Shown: positions 49,683 through 59,578 of the stretch, one piece after another
Position numbering within the stretch: the stretch's first letter is position 1
How the letters are laid out: each line of letters starts with the position of its first letter
From: Rhodothermales bacterium
GTDB taxonomy: Bacteria; Bacteroidota; Rhodothermia; Rhodothermales; Bin80
Length of the DNA: 64,000 bases
Reading direction: 5' to 3'
Assembly: GCA_965200825.1 (NCBI GenBank)
Contig: OZ241385.1
Location: forward strand, 1,761,567-1,825,566
Notes under the pieces: model-generated
The model's database searches: none
Seen by the model: only the letters and a program-made list of their open reading frames with translations
What the model was told of the DNA's origin: nothing
Program-made: the position numbers and the translations under genes

Positions 49683-51461
49683 ATGCGCTTATCACAATTC
49701 TTTGGAGAAACTCTCCGTGAATCACCGTCCGAATCTGACTCGGCATCCAGCCAGATGCTGGTTCGGGCAGGATATGTCCGACAGTTAGCCGCTGGCCTGT
49801 ATTCCTATCTCCCCTTGGCCCATCGGGCCCTGAGAAAGATTGAACAGATTCTCCGCGAAGAAATGGACGCCATCAATGGGCAGGAAATGTGTATGCCTGT
49901 GGTGCATCCGGCAGATGTATGGCAGGAATCTGGACGCTGGTATGAAATCGGAGACGAAATGGGACGCTTTCAAGATCGCAAAGGACGAGATCTTGTTCTG
50001 GCCATGACCCATGAAGAAGTGGTGACTAGTCTTTGTAAATCAGAAATCCGATCCTACAGGCAATTGCCTCAGATGGTCTATCATATACAGACAAAATTTC
50101 GAGATGAGCCACGAGCAAGGGGAGGACTCATTCGTGTGCGTGAGTTCGTGATGAAGGATTCCTATACGCTGGACAAAAACTTTGAAGGCCTCCAGTCTCA
50201 ATACGAAGCACATTATGACGCCTATCACCGTATTGGGGCGCGACTGGGATTGAATTTGATCGCCGTGCAAAGCGATCCTGGGATGATGGGAGGTAAAGTG
50301 GCTCATGAATTCATGTACATCACCCCCATAGGAGAGGATTCTCTGGCAATTTGTGAGGAGACAGGTTATGCATCCAACCTGGATGTGGCCACGTTTCAAA
50401 AAATTCCTGAACCTGCCAGTCCGCAAGAACCACTAACACGCGTTCATACACCCGGGCAATCCACTATTGCTAAAGTGGCAAATTTTTGTGGGGTCAGTAC
50501 ACGGCAAACTGGAAAAATGGTGTTCTATATGGGGAATTTTGGGCCGGATACTCCACCCCGACTCATTGCTGCTTGCGTCCGAGGAGACATGGAAATCAAT
50601 GAATTGCAACTCCGCTATGCCGTCAGGGCACAGGACCTGCGCCCCGCGGAAACTGAAGAAATCACGGCCGTAGGATGTGTGCCTGGATATGCATCTTTTT
50701 GTGACATTGACCGAACTAAAGCCATCTTGGTTGCTGATGACCTTATTCCTGAATCTACCAACCTGGTAGTTGGAGCAAACGAATATGATTGGCACTATAC
50801 CGGTGCAAACTATGGAAGAGATTTTACTGCAGATGTGATTGCTCCAATTGCTCAAGCCTACGATGGAGCACCAGACCCGATTGGGGGAAAACCGCTAAAG
50901 CTGGTTCGAGGCATCGAAGTTGGAAATATTTTCCAATTAGGAACTCGCTACAGTGTAAGTATGGGAGCAACCTATACCGATGAGAGCGGAAAGGATCATC
51001 CTATCGTCATGGGATCCTATGGAATCGGAGTTGGTCGTGCGTTGGCCTGTGTTGCAGAAGAATACAGCGATGAATATGGTATGGATCTCCCTATTTCCGT
51101 GGCTCCCTATCAGGTGGCTCTGGTATCACTCGGACGCTCCGGTGAGGTCCATGAGGCTGCGGAAAACCTTTATCAAAAACTACTGTCTGCCGGTATCGAG
51201 GTGCTTTATGATGACCGCACGGTTAGCCCTGGTGTGAAATTTGCCGATGCAGATCTGCGTGGCATCCCTCTGCGATGTACGGTCAGCTCTCGCTCACTCG
51301 GCCGAGGAGGTGTGGAATTTGGCCGAAGGCGGAGCAAGGATCTTGCAATTATCCCTCTTGATCAAGCTGTGGAACAGATTCAATCCAGAATCACTGAATG
51401 TTTCAACCAATTACACCAGCGTCTGGAAAACCTTCCGACTTGGGCATCTAACTCCAGGTGA
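49683..51461 (+). CDS. proS: Proline--tRNA ligase (bacterial type with INS editing domain)
   Basis: MRLSQFFGETLRE...LVRAGYVRQLAAGLYSYLPL, RDEPRARGGLIRVREFVMKDSY, and GSYGIGVGR. Confidence 0.95.
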   Translation: MRLSQFFGETLRESPSESDSASSQMLVRAGYVRQLAAGLYSYLPLAHRALRKIEQILREEMDAINGQEMCMPVVHPADVWQESGRWYEIGDEMGRFQDRKGRDLVLAMTHEEVVTSLCKSEIRSYRQLPQMVYHIQTKFRDEPRARGGLIRVREFVMKDSYTLDKNFEGLQSQYEAHYDAYHRIGARLGLNLIAVQSDPGMMGGKVAHEFMYITPIGEDSLAICEETGYASNLDVATFQKIPEPASPQEPLTRVHTPGQSTIAKVANFCGVSTRQTGKMVFYMGNFGPDTPPRLIAACVRGDMEINELQLRYAVRAQDLRPAETEEITAVGCVPGYASFCDIDRTKAILVADDLIPESTNLVVGANEYDWHYTGANYGRDFTADVIAPIAQAYDGAPDPIGGKPLKLVRGIEVGNIFQLGTRYSVSMGATYTDESGKDHPIVMGSYGIGVGRALACVAEEYSDEYGMDLPISVAPYQVALVSLGRSGEVHEAAENLYQKLLSAGIEVLYDDRTVSPGVKFADADLRGIPLRCTVSSRSLGRGGVEFGRRRSKDLAIIPLDQAVEQIQSRITECFNQLHQRLENLPTWASNSR

Positions 51462-51504
51462 ATCCCATATATCATATGATATGTAAGATTTTGAGCTACC
51501 AAGT

Positions 51505-53732
51505 AATTCAACAAAGGCCGAGGCGTTAACCTCGGCGACACCAATTCGATAGACCGGATTTTTACGCTGATCTGGAATCGCTCAACAAAGGCCGAGGCGT
51601 TAACCTCGGCGACACCGAAACAGTGCCAAAGATCGTGCCATTAATCTCCTCCGCTCAACAAAGGCCGAGGCGTTAACCTCGGCGACACCCTCCGCCCGTT
51701 GTTTGTTGTAGTAACTGTAACAAATCGCTCAACAAAGGCCGAGGCGTTAACCTCGGCGACACGATTCTCTTGCTGGCTTTGATAGCCGAAATGTCCTTCG
51801 CTCAACAAAGGCCGAGGCGTTAACCTCGGCGACACTTCATTCACTACGTCGGCTACATGGCCTTGGGCCGTCGCTCAACAAAGGCCGAGGCGTTAACCTC
51901 GGCGACACGGGCCGAGAGAAACCATGCTACCCTTCGAGTACAACGCTCAACAAAGGCCGAGGCGTTAACCTCGGCGACACCAACGGTCAATATGCGAGAT
52001 CCTAAGGAAGTTAAGGCGCTCAACAAAGGCCGAGGCGTTAACCTCGGCGACACACGCAGGCTATCAGCACCCGGAAATACCGGCATAGTCGCTCAACAAA
52101 GGCCGAGGCGTTAACCTCGGCGACACTCCAAGATTTCAACCGAATCTTTTTGGATATCCGTCGCTCAACAAAGGCCGAGGCGTTAACCTCGGCGACACTT
52201 TCTCTTTCAAAAACAATCAAATCGTATTCTGTCAGCGCTCAACAAAGGCCGAGGCGTTAACCTCGGCGACACCCGGCTTTCACCGGTCAGATTGACCTGG
52301 TCCCCGTCCGCTCAACAAAGGCCGAGGCGTTAACCTCGGCGACACCGTCACAGTACTCTACCCCTCTATCATCCTCATCCTCCGCTCAACAAAGGCCGAG
52401 GCGTTAACCTCGGCGACACCTTGTTGCCCAGTTGAATAAAAAACTCACCAGCAAACGCTCAACAAAGGCCGAGGCGTTAACCTCGGCGACACGTTTCGAA
52501 TTCCGGACTCCTGCGCTCGAACGCCGCTACGCTCAACAAAGGCCGAGGCGTTAACCTCGGCGACACATTAGTCAAAGTCGAAAGCAAGCCCACCCAAGAG
52601 CCGCTCAACAAAGGCCGAGGCGTTAACCTCGGCGACACCTACGGGCTGCTGCCGGATGAGCGAAATAGAGCTTCGCTCAACAAAGGCCGAGGCGTTAACC
52701 TCGGCGACACCGGTGCGAAGGACTTCGGTGGAGGTAATAAATGGAGCGCTCAACAAAGGCCGAGGCGTTAACCTCGGCGACACCTGTCGAGCGTTATTGT
52801 TGTTTTGTTTACACTAATCGCTCAACAAAGGCCGAGGCGTTAACCTCGGCGACACCCTCATACTCCAATTTCAGTTTCAACACGTCACAATCCGCTCAAC
52901 AAAGGCCGAGGCGTTAACCTCGGCGACACCCGTCCATAAAATGAAAGGCAGCCCCTTCTTCAATACGCTCAACAAAGGCCGAGGCGTTAACCTCGGCGAC
53001 ACTTTCTGTGGTGATGTCAAGAAAGTCAGCCATGTCGGCGCTCAACAAAGGCCGAGGCGTTAACCTCGGCGACACAAGATGACTTTTAGGTTTGTGGGTT
53101 CCTCGTTGGCACGCTCAACAAAGGCCGAGGCGTTAACCTCGGCGACACTGCCTGTCCGCTTCTTCCAAGCGTTATGCATCATGACCGCTCAACAAAGGCC
53201 GAGGCGTTAACCTCGGCGACACATGATTTATCATGGGGACTGTCTTAATATCATTCCTCGCTCAACAAAGGCCGAGGCGTTAACCTCGGCGACACGATCT
53301 GCGTAGTTGCACCACCCATCCCGAATCCCACCCGCTCAACAAAGGCCGAGGCGTTAACCTCGGCGACACATTCGAAGATGAAAGAGTTAACCCTAAGCCA
53401 GCACTCGCTCAACAAAGGCCGAGGCGTTAACCTCGGCGACACCCGAAACGATAATTTTCTAAATACTCCGGCACTCACCGCTCAACAAAGGCCGAGGCGT
53501 TAACCTCGGCGACACCGTGGGATCATCCTGTATCTGATCTGGTTCGGGGACCGCTCAACAAAGGCCGAGGCGTTAACCTCGGCGACACTCGCTAAGAAAG
53601 ATGAGTTTTGACTCGGTTAAGCGCGCTCAACAAAGGCCGAGGCGTTAACCTCGGCGACACCCATGAGGGCTTGAGCGAGATGCCTACACCAACCACGCTC
53701 AACAAAGGCCGAGGCGTTAACCTCGGCGACAC
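51505..53732 (-). CRISPR. CRISPR array: 31 repeats of 37 bp and 30 spacers of 35-37 bp
   Basis: The plus-strand repeat is CGCTCAACAAAGGCCGAGGCGTTAACCTCGGCGACAC. The minus-strand (crRNA-sense) form is GTGTCGCCGAGGTTAACGCCTCGGCCTTTGTTGAGCG. It has an internal 7-bp stem, GCCGAGG/CCTCGGC. Repeat starts are 51505, 51579, 51652, 51726 ... 53624, 53696. All internal repeats look identical by eye. The repeat farthest from cas2 (51505) is degenerate at its crRNA-3' end (AATT instead of CGCT). Orientation is inferred from the leader, the cas genes and the degenerate terminal repeat. Confidence 0.97.
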
Positions 53733-53904
53733 CCCTAAATGTATAATTTATAGCTCAAATAGAGGAAAATATGGTCCCATACCGTTGGGATAGCGCTGTT
53801 GGAACATGTTCAACATATACATTTTTTTGTTTTGCATTGAATTTTACATCTATAGTCGAAGTTTAACAGGTTACCGTATAAAATCACCGGAGGTTCGCAG
53901 ATCA
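53733..53904 (-). promoter_or_regulatory. Putative CRISPR leader (AT-rich) between cas2 and the first repeat
   Basis: A 172-bp AT-rich non-coding stretch (e.g. catatacatttttttgttttgcattgaattttacatctatag) lies directly between the cas2 stop and the non-degenerate end of the array. Confidence 0.7.
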
Positions 53905-54195
53905 TCAAACTATCCAGGGATCGCCTAATTCACGAGCTCGTGGAATGCCGAACTGTATCTTTGCATCATCGATGTTACCAGGAAATCGGAATATGATAAC
54001 CGAGTCATATCTGCCATCAATTGCATCTTTAAGTTCAGCAGTCATTCTGGCAAATCGAGTTGGGGATAACCTGCACTCAAAGACCGAAAATTGTATGCGT
54101 TGACCATATTTTTCACAAACCTTTGCTATTCGTTTCAATCTTGAAGCTCCAGATTTTTCCGTATCTGCGATATCATACGTAACAAGAACATCCAT
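53905..54195 (-). CDS. cas2: CRISPR-associated endoribonuclease Cas2
   Basis: 96 aa: MDVLVTYDIADT...RLKRIAKVCEKYGQRIQFSVFEC, the ferredoxin-like Cas2 pattern. It is adjacent to cas1. Confidence 0.9.
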   Translation of the reverse strand: MDVLVTYDIADTEKSGASRLKRIAKVCEKYGQRIQFSVFECRLSPTRFARMTAELKDAIDGRYDSVIIFRFPGNIDDAKIQFGIPRARELGDPWIV

Positions 54196-54208
54196 TGTAT
54201 CTATTTAT

Positions 54209-55225
54209 CTATGACAGGACAAACGGAGGATATGACGGCAAGTCTCCCCGCAGATAACGTGCCAGTAAGGTAGCCTGCACAGATGGTAATGCCCAACGGT
54301 CAACAAGTCGATTCAAGAGTTGATGTCGAATTCGGGATTCCTTGTGAACCTCCCATGCCTTAATAAGTTTTTTCCGTCCATCGTCATTTAAATAAACTCC
54401 TCCACCTGGCATAATAGTGAAATGATCTTGTACGATTTGTCGCCGCCGAATCAATGATACGACAAATCGATCGGTAATTGCACGAAACTCCTCAGCTATA
54501 TCAAGGGCAAGTGACGGCCGACCAGATCTTGGACGATGAAAAAAGCCCATCTGATAATCAAGACCAACTGCTTCAATACCTCCGATACATTCAGTCACAA
54601 GCAACCCATAGCAGAATCCAAGTAGCGCATTAACTGGGTCGCGCGGCGGTCTTCTCGTTCGTGACGAAAACTCAAAGTGATATGGAGTTACAACTTTTCC
54701 CACAGCACGAAAATAGATTCTAGCAGCATCCCCTTCAATGCCTCGAACATGATCACCAGTGACCGCCTCCGGCAATCGCCCAATTCGTCTTCGAATAAGC
54801 TCGGCTCGTTTTGCAAGCCACTCAGCATCTTGTGGAGCGCTTGCATCTCTTGACCATCTTTCAACAACCATACGACTGTTTTGGATTTTTGCGGCAACAA
54901 TAGTTTTTGATAGTTCAAGAGATTGCCTCTGATTCGTAGCCACCTGAAACAATGCGGTTCGTAAATGAACATTTCCTCCAGTTGCAGCATGGACAGTAAA
55001 ACGAATCGACCCACTCATACGTAATGAAGACACGCGAACCCCACGGTAGACGCATGCGTCGATTGCCTGTGTCGTAATCTGTGCACCGCCCATTAAAACT
55101 AATGCGTCAATTGCCTCCAAAGGGATTCGCTGGCTACCATCTGGAGAGGATACGATGAGTGAACCCTTGCGGTGCTTCACACGTGCACGATGGCTACGAA
55201 TATATGCTGTACTCAAGTATCGCAT
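54209..55225 (-). CDS. cas1: CRISPR-associated endonuclease Cas1
   Basis: 338 aa: GIEGDAARIYF, PRDPVNALLGFCYGLL, GLDYQMGFFHRPRSGRPSLALDIAEEFR. Confidence 0.9.
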   Translation of the reverse strand: MRYLSTAYIRSHRARVKHRKGSLIVSSPDGSQRIPLEAIDALVLMGGAQITTQAIDACVYRGVRVSSLRMSGSIRFTVHAATGGNVHLRTALFQVATNQRQSLELSKTIVAAKIQNSRMVVERWSRDASAPQDAEWLAKRAELIRRRIGRLPEAVTGDHVRGIEGDAARIYFRAVGKVVTPYHFEFSSRTRRPPRDPVNALLGFCYGLLVTECIGGIEAVGLDYQMGFFHRPRSGRPSLALDIAEEFRAITDRFVVSLIRRRQIVQDHFTIMPGGGVYLNDDGRKKLIKAWEVHKESRIRHQLLNRLVDRWALPSVQATLLARYLRGDLPSYPPFVLS

Positions 55226-55833
55226 CCGAAAACGAAATTTGTCAAGTATTTCTTAACCTTGTGCGGAGAGCTCGTCAACTCGGGTAGGCAGTTCTGAAGA
55301 AATTGGCATTGTTTACACCTTTCATCATTTGGTGCCCTCGGAAGCTTAGCCTCTACGATTTGCTTGCGAATTTGGTTAATGATGTATCGAACCTCGTTCC
55401 TAAGCTCAGGGGTGAAATCGATTTGAGTTCGACGCCGTGCCCCAGTAAACCATATAAAACCATATGAGATATCCACGACAAGCATTTCTTCAAGGCATAG
55501 TGCTTGCGCACATAACTGAAGATCTGCACTACTTCCATGACGGACGCCAGACTTATATTCAATGGGACAAACAACTCCGTCTGATGATATTTCAACTGCA
55601 TCTGCACGCCCAGACAGCCCTAGTTTTTCGGACCAAAGTGGTATAGCTCGGAGGACCTGCTTTCCACGCTCCTGCCGATGTTTACCACTATCTACTCTTC
55701 GGTGGGCATGTTTTCCGTGCACAGTATGAGCGTTGTCGCTCCATACCCCGTCACAATAGATTAGCGCACATTGCCTCGGACAATAAGCATAATGCTCAAT
55801 CGCTGAAATAAGAACAACGGGATCAACACTCAC
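55213..55833 (-). CDS. cas4: CRISPR-associated exonuclease Cas4 (stand-alone, not fused to Cas1)
   Basis: N-terminal Cys (YAYCPRQCAL), a RecB-type motif (GRADAVE...PIEYKSG), and a C-terminal CKQCQFLQNC cluster. It overlaps the cas1 start by 13 nt in a different frame. Confidence 0.85.
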   Translation of the reverse strand: MSVDPVVLISAIEHYAYCPRQCALIYCDGVWSDNAHTVHGKHAHRRVDSGKHRQERGKQVLRAIPLWSEKLGLSGRADAVEISSDGVVCPIEYKSGVRHGSSADLQLCAQALCLEEMLVVDISYGFIWFTGARRRTQIDFTPELRNEVRYIINQIRKQIVEAKLPRAPNDERCKQCQFLQNCLPELTSSPHKVKKYLTNFVFGCDT

Positions 55834-56768
55834 AATTGCTCACTCCCAAATGCCCTTGTGGTATCTGCTGAGGCCGTTGGGTTATACTTAACACTTTGCC
55901 AGCCAGCGTGTATCCCCAAATTTTTCCATGTGGATTTGAGCTTTGGAGATAGATTCCATATATCCATAAGCGCATCTATTGCAGCATAATCCAATGGCTC
56001 GCTCCATGCTGGCCAAAGAAACCGAAGATTGCCTTGTCCTGATGTACTTGATCTCCAGCCTCTTTGGCGCTTTCCAGTCTTCACGTGTTGATCTAATCTT
56101 TGATCTACTCCGTCCCCTCGGACGGGAAACATCTTTAGGCCAAAGAATGCGAGCGTTTCCACGATTGGATCGATAAAGACATCTGTGACATCACAAGATG
56201 ATCCAAGCCTACTACAATCAAATCCTAAGCCATTATTATTCACTCTAACAGCGCAACCCATCAGAGACTCATGAAGTTGAGTTTCTAATGGGTTGATATA
56301 TTTACTTTGTTGAAGTTTAACCAGTCTGTGATGTAACCACTTTATCGTTCCTGGTCCCGGAGCATCAAATGGAGCATGCTCAACTTCACCATTCTTGTCA
56401 ACACAAAGATCAGTCATAGTTGAAGATAAAGCCCAAGAATATGGATGCATGCGAGCCTTAGATGCTCTCTGAACGAATACATCAACAGGAACTCTCCTCT
56501 TACACAAACCAGTATCTTTCCATTGCTCAGCTATGGGAAGATCAGCCAGTAATTCTGAACTTGGCCATGACTCAATTAGAGCATCCACTACATCAGTCTT
56601 TGCTGATGATAGTATTGCTTTCGGATTTCCGTCATTCGTCCAATGCAAACGAATTCTCTGATCCAATACAGTAGCTCCGACTGCTGCCAGCCAGCCATTG
56701 ATCCAACAAGCGGGTAATCCAGGACAAATAATTTCTTGGGGTTTCATTGATCTGGTTGCAAAACTCAA
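55830..56768 (-). CDS. Uncharacterised cas-operon protein; candidate Csb3 (Cas8u1)-type large-subunit analogue
   Basis: 312-aa ORF translationally coupled on both sides (4-nt overlaps with cas3 and cas4). I recognise no catalytic motifs. The assignment rests on position in a Csb1/Csb2/Cas3 (Dpsyc/I-U) operon, not on sequence recognition. Confidence 0.4.
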   Translation of the reverse strand: MSFATRSMKPQEIICPGLPACWINGWLAAVGATVLDQRIRLHWTNDGNPKAILSSAKTDVVDALIESWPSSELLADLPIAEQWKDTGLCKRRVPVDVFVQRASKARMHPYSWALSSTMTDLCVDKNGEVEHAPFDAPGPGTIKWLHHRLVKLQQSKYINPLETQLHESLMGCAVRVNNNGLGFDCSRLGSSCDVTDVFIDPIVETLAFFGLKMFPVRGDGVDQRLDQHVKTGKRQRGWRSSTSGQGNLRFLWPAWSEPLDYAAIDALMDIWNLSPKLKSTWKNLGIHAGWQSVKYNPTASADTTRAFGSEQL

Positions 56769-59527
56769 GCTCTTCTAGAGGAGATCACATGGTCCGAAAG
56801 TCTTACAATGGCTTCAAGTAGCGACAACCCCCATGGCCCAAAATGATCATTTAGAATTCGAAATCGATTTGGTTGATCCCAATCCACAACTTCATGATTA
56901 GCAGAAACGCTCACGCGTTTACCAAAAACAGAGCCCTCTACCATAAGTGCAGTGTTATCGGTAACCGGTTTAATTAATGGTCGGCCTCTCCCATGATGAC
57001 TAATCACCAAATGTATCAAGAGTTTCCTCTTTATAGAATCACCCCAATCTGGGTTCTCTTCGAGCCAGACATTAATCAGGCGTGCTGATAATGCCTCATG
57101 GCGACCTCCACGTGGCCAGTCAGCCTCAGCACGTCTTGTTTCCCAATGATGAGAAAGCGCATCTGATTTAGCCAAGAGTGCACTATTTCTCTCCCATTCG
57201 GGATTAAGCCATCGCTGAAACCTTTGATCTGCTTTACCAATATCATGCAACCTGCCGGCATACTCAATCACCTCAACTAAGTCAGGTGGAAGCCCAATAC
57301 GAGAGGAAATGTTTCTTGCGTGATTTGCTACCGCATCACAATGTAGTTCTAACAGCGTCGCTGTATCGGCGAGAGATAGCTCATCTAAGTCGTCATTTGG
57401 TGTTTCGGGTTCTGGTTGCTCAACACGTAATCTAGATACTTCTTTTGGATGCTTTACCACAGCCTTGTTTAGCGAACTTAAAAATTTATTCCATTCTTCA
57501 GGATTCCAACCATGTGCACATTTTTGACTGATTGAGTGAAGAATCTCATCAATCCTAGTGATTTGTTCCTGTGGATCAATCTCTATATCATCATCAAATT
57601 TACCCAGCACAATATCCAAGAGTTTTTTACTGACAGAAACGCCACAAATACGCTGAATTGCCTCTGTATCTAAAGGTAATCCATGCTTCATCAGGGCTGC
57701 ATCCATAACAGGATCTGTCGCTTCTGGATTCCAACCAAATCTATCCATAAGTCCACGATCTGTGGGCAATACAATTTGATCTCCTGGCTTGAGATTTGAA
57801 GTCTCTTCAATAGTTAGACCATCAGAATTCAAACGAAAAACATTACCTCCATTTAAATCGTCTTTTAAGGCCTCTCTAACTTCATTGATTGGAACATCAA
57901 TTGCCTCAAGATCCGATATGCGTGGCCATAACCTTAAATTGTTTCCTTGAGGTATGTGGGAACGCCAGATAATAGTCACGAGTTTTCTAGAGCCATTGAT
58001 GCCACTGAAATATGGTTCAACAGAAGCTTCGCCCCCTGGAGGGAAAAAAGTTTTAGTCCATTCCCACAAAATTCCTGGCAGAAGCTCTGGCGCTCTTCCA
58101 AAAGTATCCATGGGCGAACCTAAATAATCGGATACATTTCTTGGTGATAAATTGACTTTCCTGAAATTATTTTCAAGCCCTTGCAGTTTCTGGAGTAGAT
58201 CCTTTGGCTCACTTCCGTATACGGCCCAATCTTCAACCTTAGATTTACTAGGATAATGGACATACACAGCGATCGCATTTTTAAATTTTCCAAAGCGATT
58301 TAACCGCCCCAACCGCTGTATTAGAGCGCGAACTCCACATTGTTCTGTGACCATGTATTCCGCATCGATATCAGCTCCAACTTCTAATGTCTGCGTAGAA
58401 ACGATGATCAGATGTTGAGTGCGCTTATTCTGATTATCAGACGATGCAAGTATTCCGTGGTGGGGGTGAAGTATTCGTTTTCGTATTAATTCAGCCTCTC
58501 GCTCACGCATTCGGCCAGTTAGAAGTAATATTTCATCATTCTTCATAAGCTTCCTAAGACGCGAGAACACCTTTCTTGCAGTCTTGGGGGTGTTAACAAA
58601 AACAATGCAGCTCGCTGGGGCAGATGCGTATTGCAATATGTCACATGCTGCCTCTGCTAAGGAATTCTCATTTTTCTTCGACATAACCCTGAGATCAAGG
58701 AGCTTCACCGCATTTAATCTTTGTTGAACAATTGAATTCTGTTCATCTTCTTCATTCAGTGTAAGTCGGTTTTCATTACTCTGATCACCGGTAGCCGTAA
58801 GCTGAACCAGTCTCGGTGTTGCGCGAGATTCGTTTGGGATATTAATTGCGTTAGCTGTACAATCAGCGATTGCCAAACAGAGAGATTCTAAATGAGGTAT
58901 CAAATGAGCTTCGTCCAATAAGATGAGACTATCAGTTCCCGCCATTGCAGCATCAATAGATCTCATCCCTCGGCTAGACCCGTAACCTCGAAACAATAAT
59001 CGTGAGCCATACATTGGAAGAGTGCTCAGGATAATCGCAGGTTGAGAAGGACTACTAGGTCGCTGAGATGCTACTCCTCCACGTAAGCGAATCACCTGAA
59101 TTGGTTCAGATTCTAGATTGCCATTAATTGATCTCAAACGGTCCGCTACATTCGTGATGATCTCTTGATCTTTTTGAGAAATCTCGGATTCTACCGATTT
59201 GGGGTTATTAAGTATTTCGCTGATGTACTTAGCATGTTCATATGTGGAATCTACAAGTAATCGTCGATTAACTACCCACCAAATGCGTGTTGGTGCAGTT
59301 CGATCAATCGGTATTCGGTTAGCCTGCGATGCCAACCACCACACGGCGATATCAAGGCACGCAGTCTTCCCGAGGCCTGTTGGCACACCAATTTCTGGAT
59401 ACCATTTTCCAGTTGAAGCGACATGAGCCGCCAAACGGGATTGCCATGGAAATGGTTCTCTTTTGTTAATTGCACAATAGAAGTCATTGAACGTTGGCAT
59501 GCGTGAGGATATAGCCATATTGTTCAA
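56765..59527 (-). CDS. cas3: Type I-U/I-G Cas3 helicase-nuclease (N-terminal SF2 helicase, C-terminal HD domain)
   Basis: Walker A-like GVPTGLGKTA, DEAH-like LLDEAH, SQTLEVGADID, and a C-terminal HD region (GRLHDIGKADQRFQ...LVISHHGRGRP). The domain order (HD at the C-terminus) is the I-U/I-G hallmark. Confidence 0.85.
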   Translation of the reverse strand: MNNMAISSRMPTFNDFYCAINKREPFPWQSRLAAHVASTGKWYPEIGVPTGLGKTACLDIAVWWLASQANRIPIDRTAPTRIWWVVNRRLLVDSTYEHAKYISEILNNPKSVESEISQKDQEIITNVADRLRSINGNLESEPIQVIRLRGGVASQRPSSPSQPAIILSTLPMYGSRLLFRGYGSSRGMRSIDAAMAGTDSLILLDEAHLIPHLESLCLAIADCTANAINIPNESRATPRLVQLTATGDQSNENRLTLNEEDEQNSIVQQRLNAVKLLDLRVMSKKNENSLAEAACDILQYASAPASCIVFVNTPKTARKVFSRLRKLMKNDEILLLTGRMREREAELIRKRILHPHHGILASSDNQNKRTQHLIIVSTQTLEVGADIDAEYMVTEQCGVRALIQRLGRLNRFGKFKNAIAVYVHYPSKSKVEDWAVYGSEPKDLLQKLQGLENNFRKVNLSPRNVSDYLGSPMDTFGRAPELLPGILWEWTKTFFPPGGEASVEPYFSGINGSRKLVTIIWRSHIPQGNNLRLWPRISDLEAIDVPINEVREALKDDLNGGNVFRLNSDGLTIEETSNLKPGDQIVLPTDRGLMDRFGWNPEATDPVMDAALMKHGLPLDTEAIQRICGVSVSKKLLDIVLGKFDDDIEIDPQEQITRIDEILHSISQKCAHGWNPEEWNKFLSSLNKAVVKHPKEVSRLRVEQPEPETPNDDLDELSLADTATLLELHCDAVANHARNISSRIGLPPDLVEVIEYAGRLHDIGKADQRFQRWLNPEWERNSALLAKSDALSHHWETRRAEADWPRGGRHEALSARLINVWLEENPDWGDSIKRKLLIHLVISHHGRGRPLIKPVTDNTALMVEGSVFGKRVSVSANHEVVDWDQPNRFRILNDHFGPWGLSLLEAIVRLSDHVISSRRA

Positions 59528-59578
59528 ATCTTGAAAATTGATGATATAATTTCTCTTCTGGACCTTACCGATTGGTCG

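Noticed and set aside
51469-51482. Perfect 14-bp AT-rich palindrome (atatcatatgatat) between the proS stop and the terminal CRISPR repeat.
   Set aside because: It has no loop and a very weak stem, so it is not a convincing terminator or protein-binding site on sequence alone.
51505-53732. Possible self-targeting spacers against the TnpB remnant, the HTH-array gene or other parts of the window.
   Set aside because: A by-eye comparison found only a 10-nt coincidence: spacer at 52127-52161 begins tccaagattt, which also occurs in the HTH-array gene. This is not a real match. A computational search is still needed to exclude self-targets.
51641-53793. Eight 60-96-aa ORFs in the track with recurring peptides (VAEVNASAFVER, SPRLTPRPLLS, LNKGRGVNLGDT).
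   Set aside because: They are translations of the CRISPR repeat in different frames and on both strands. The periodic repetition is the array itself, not a protein repeat.
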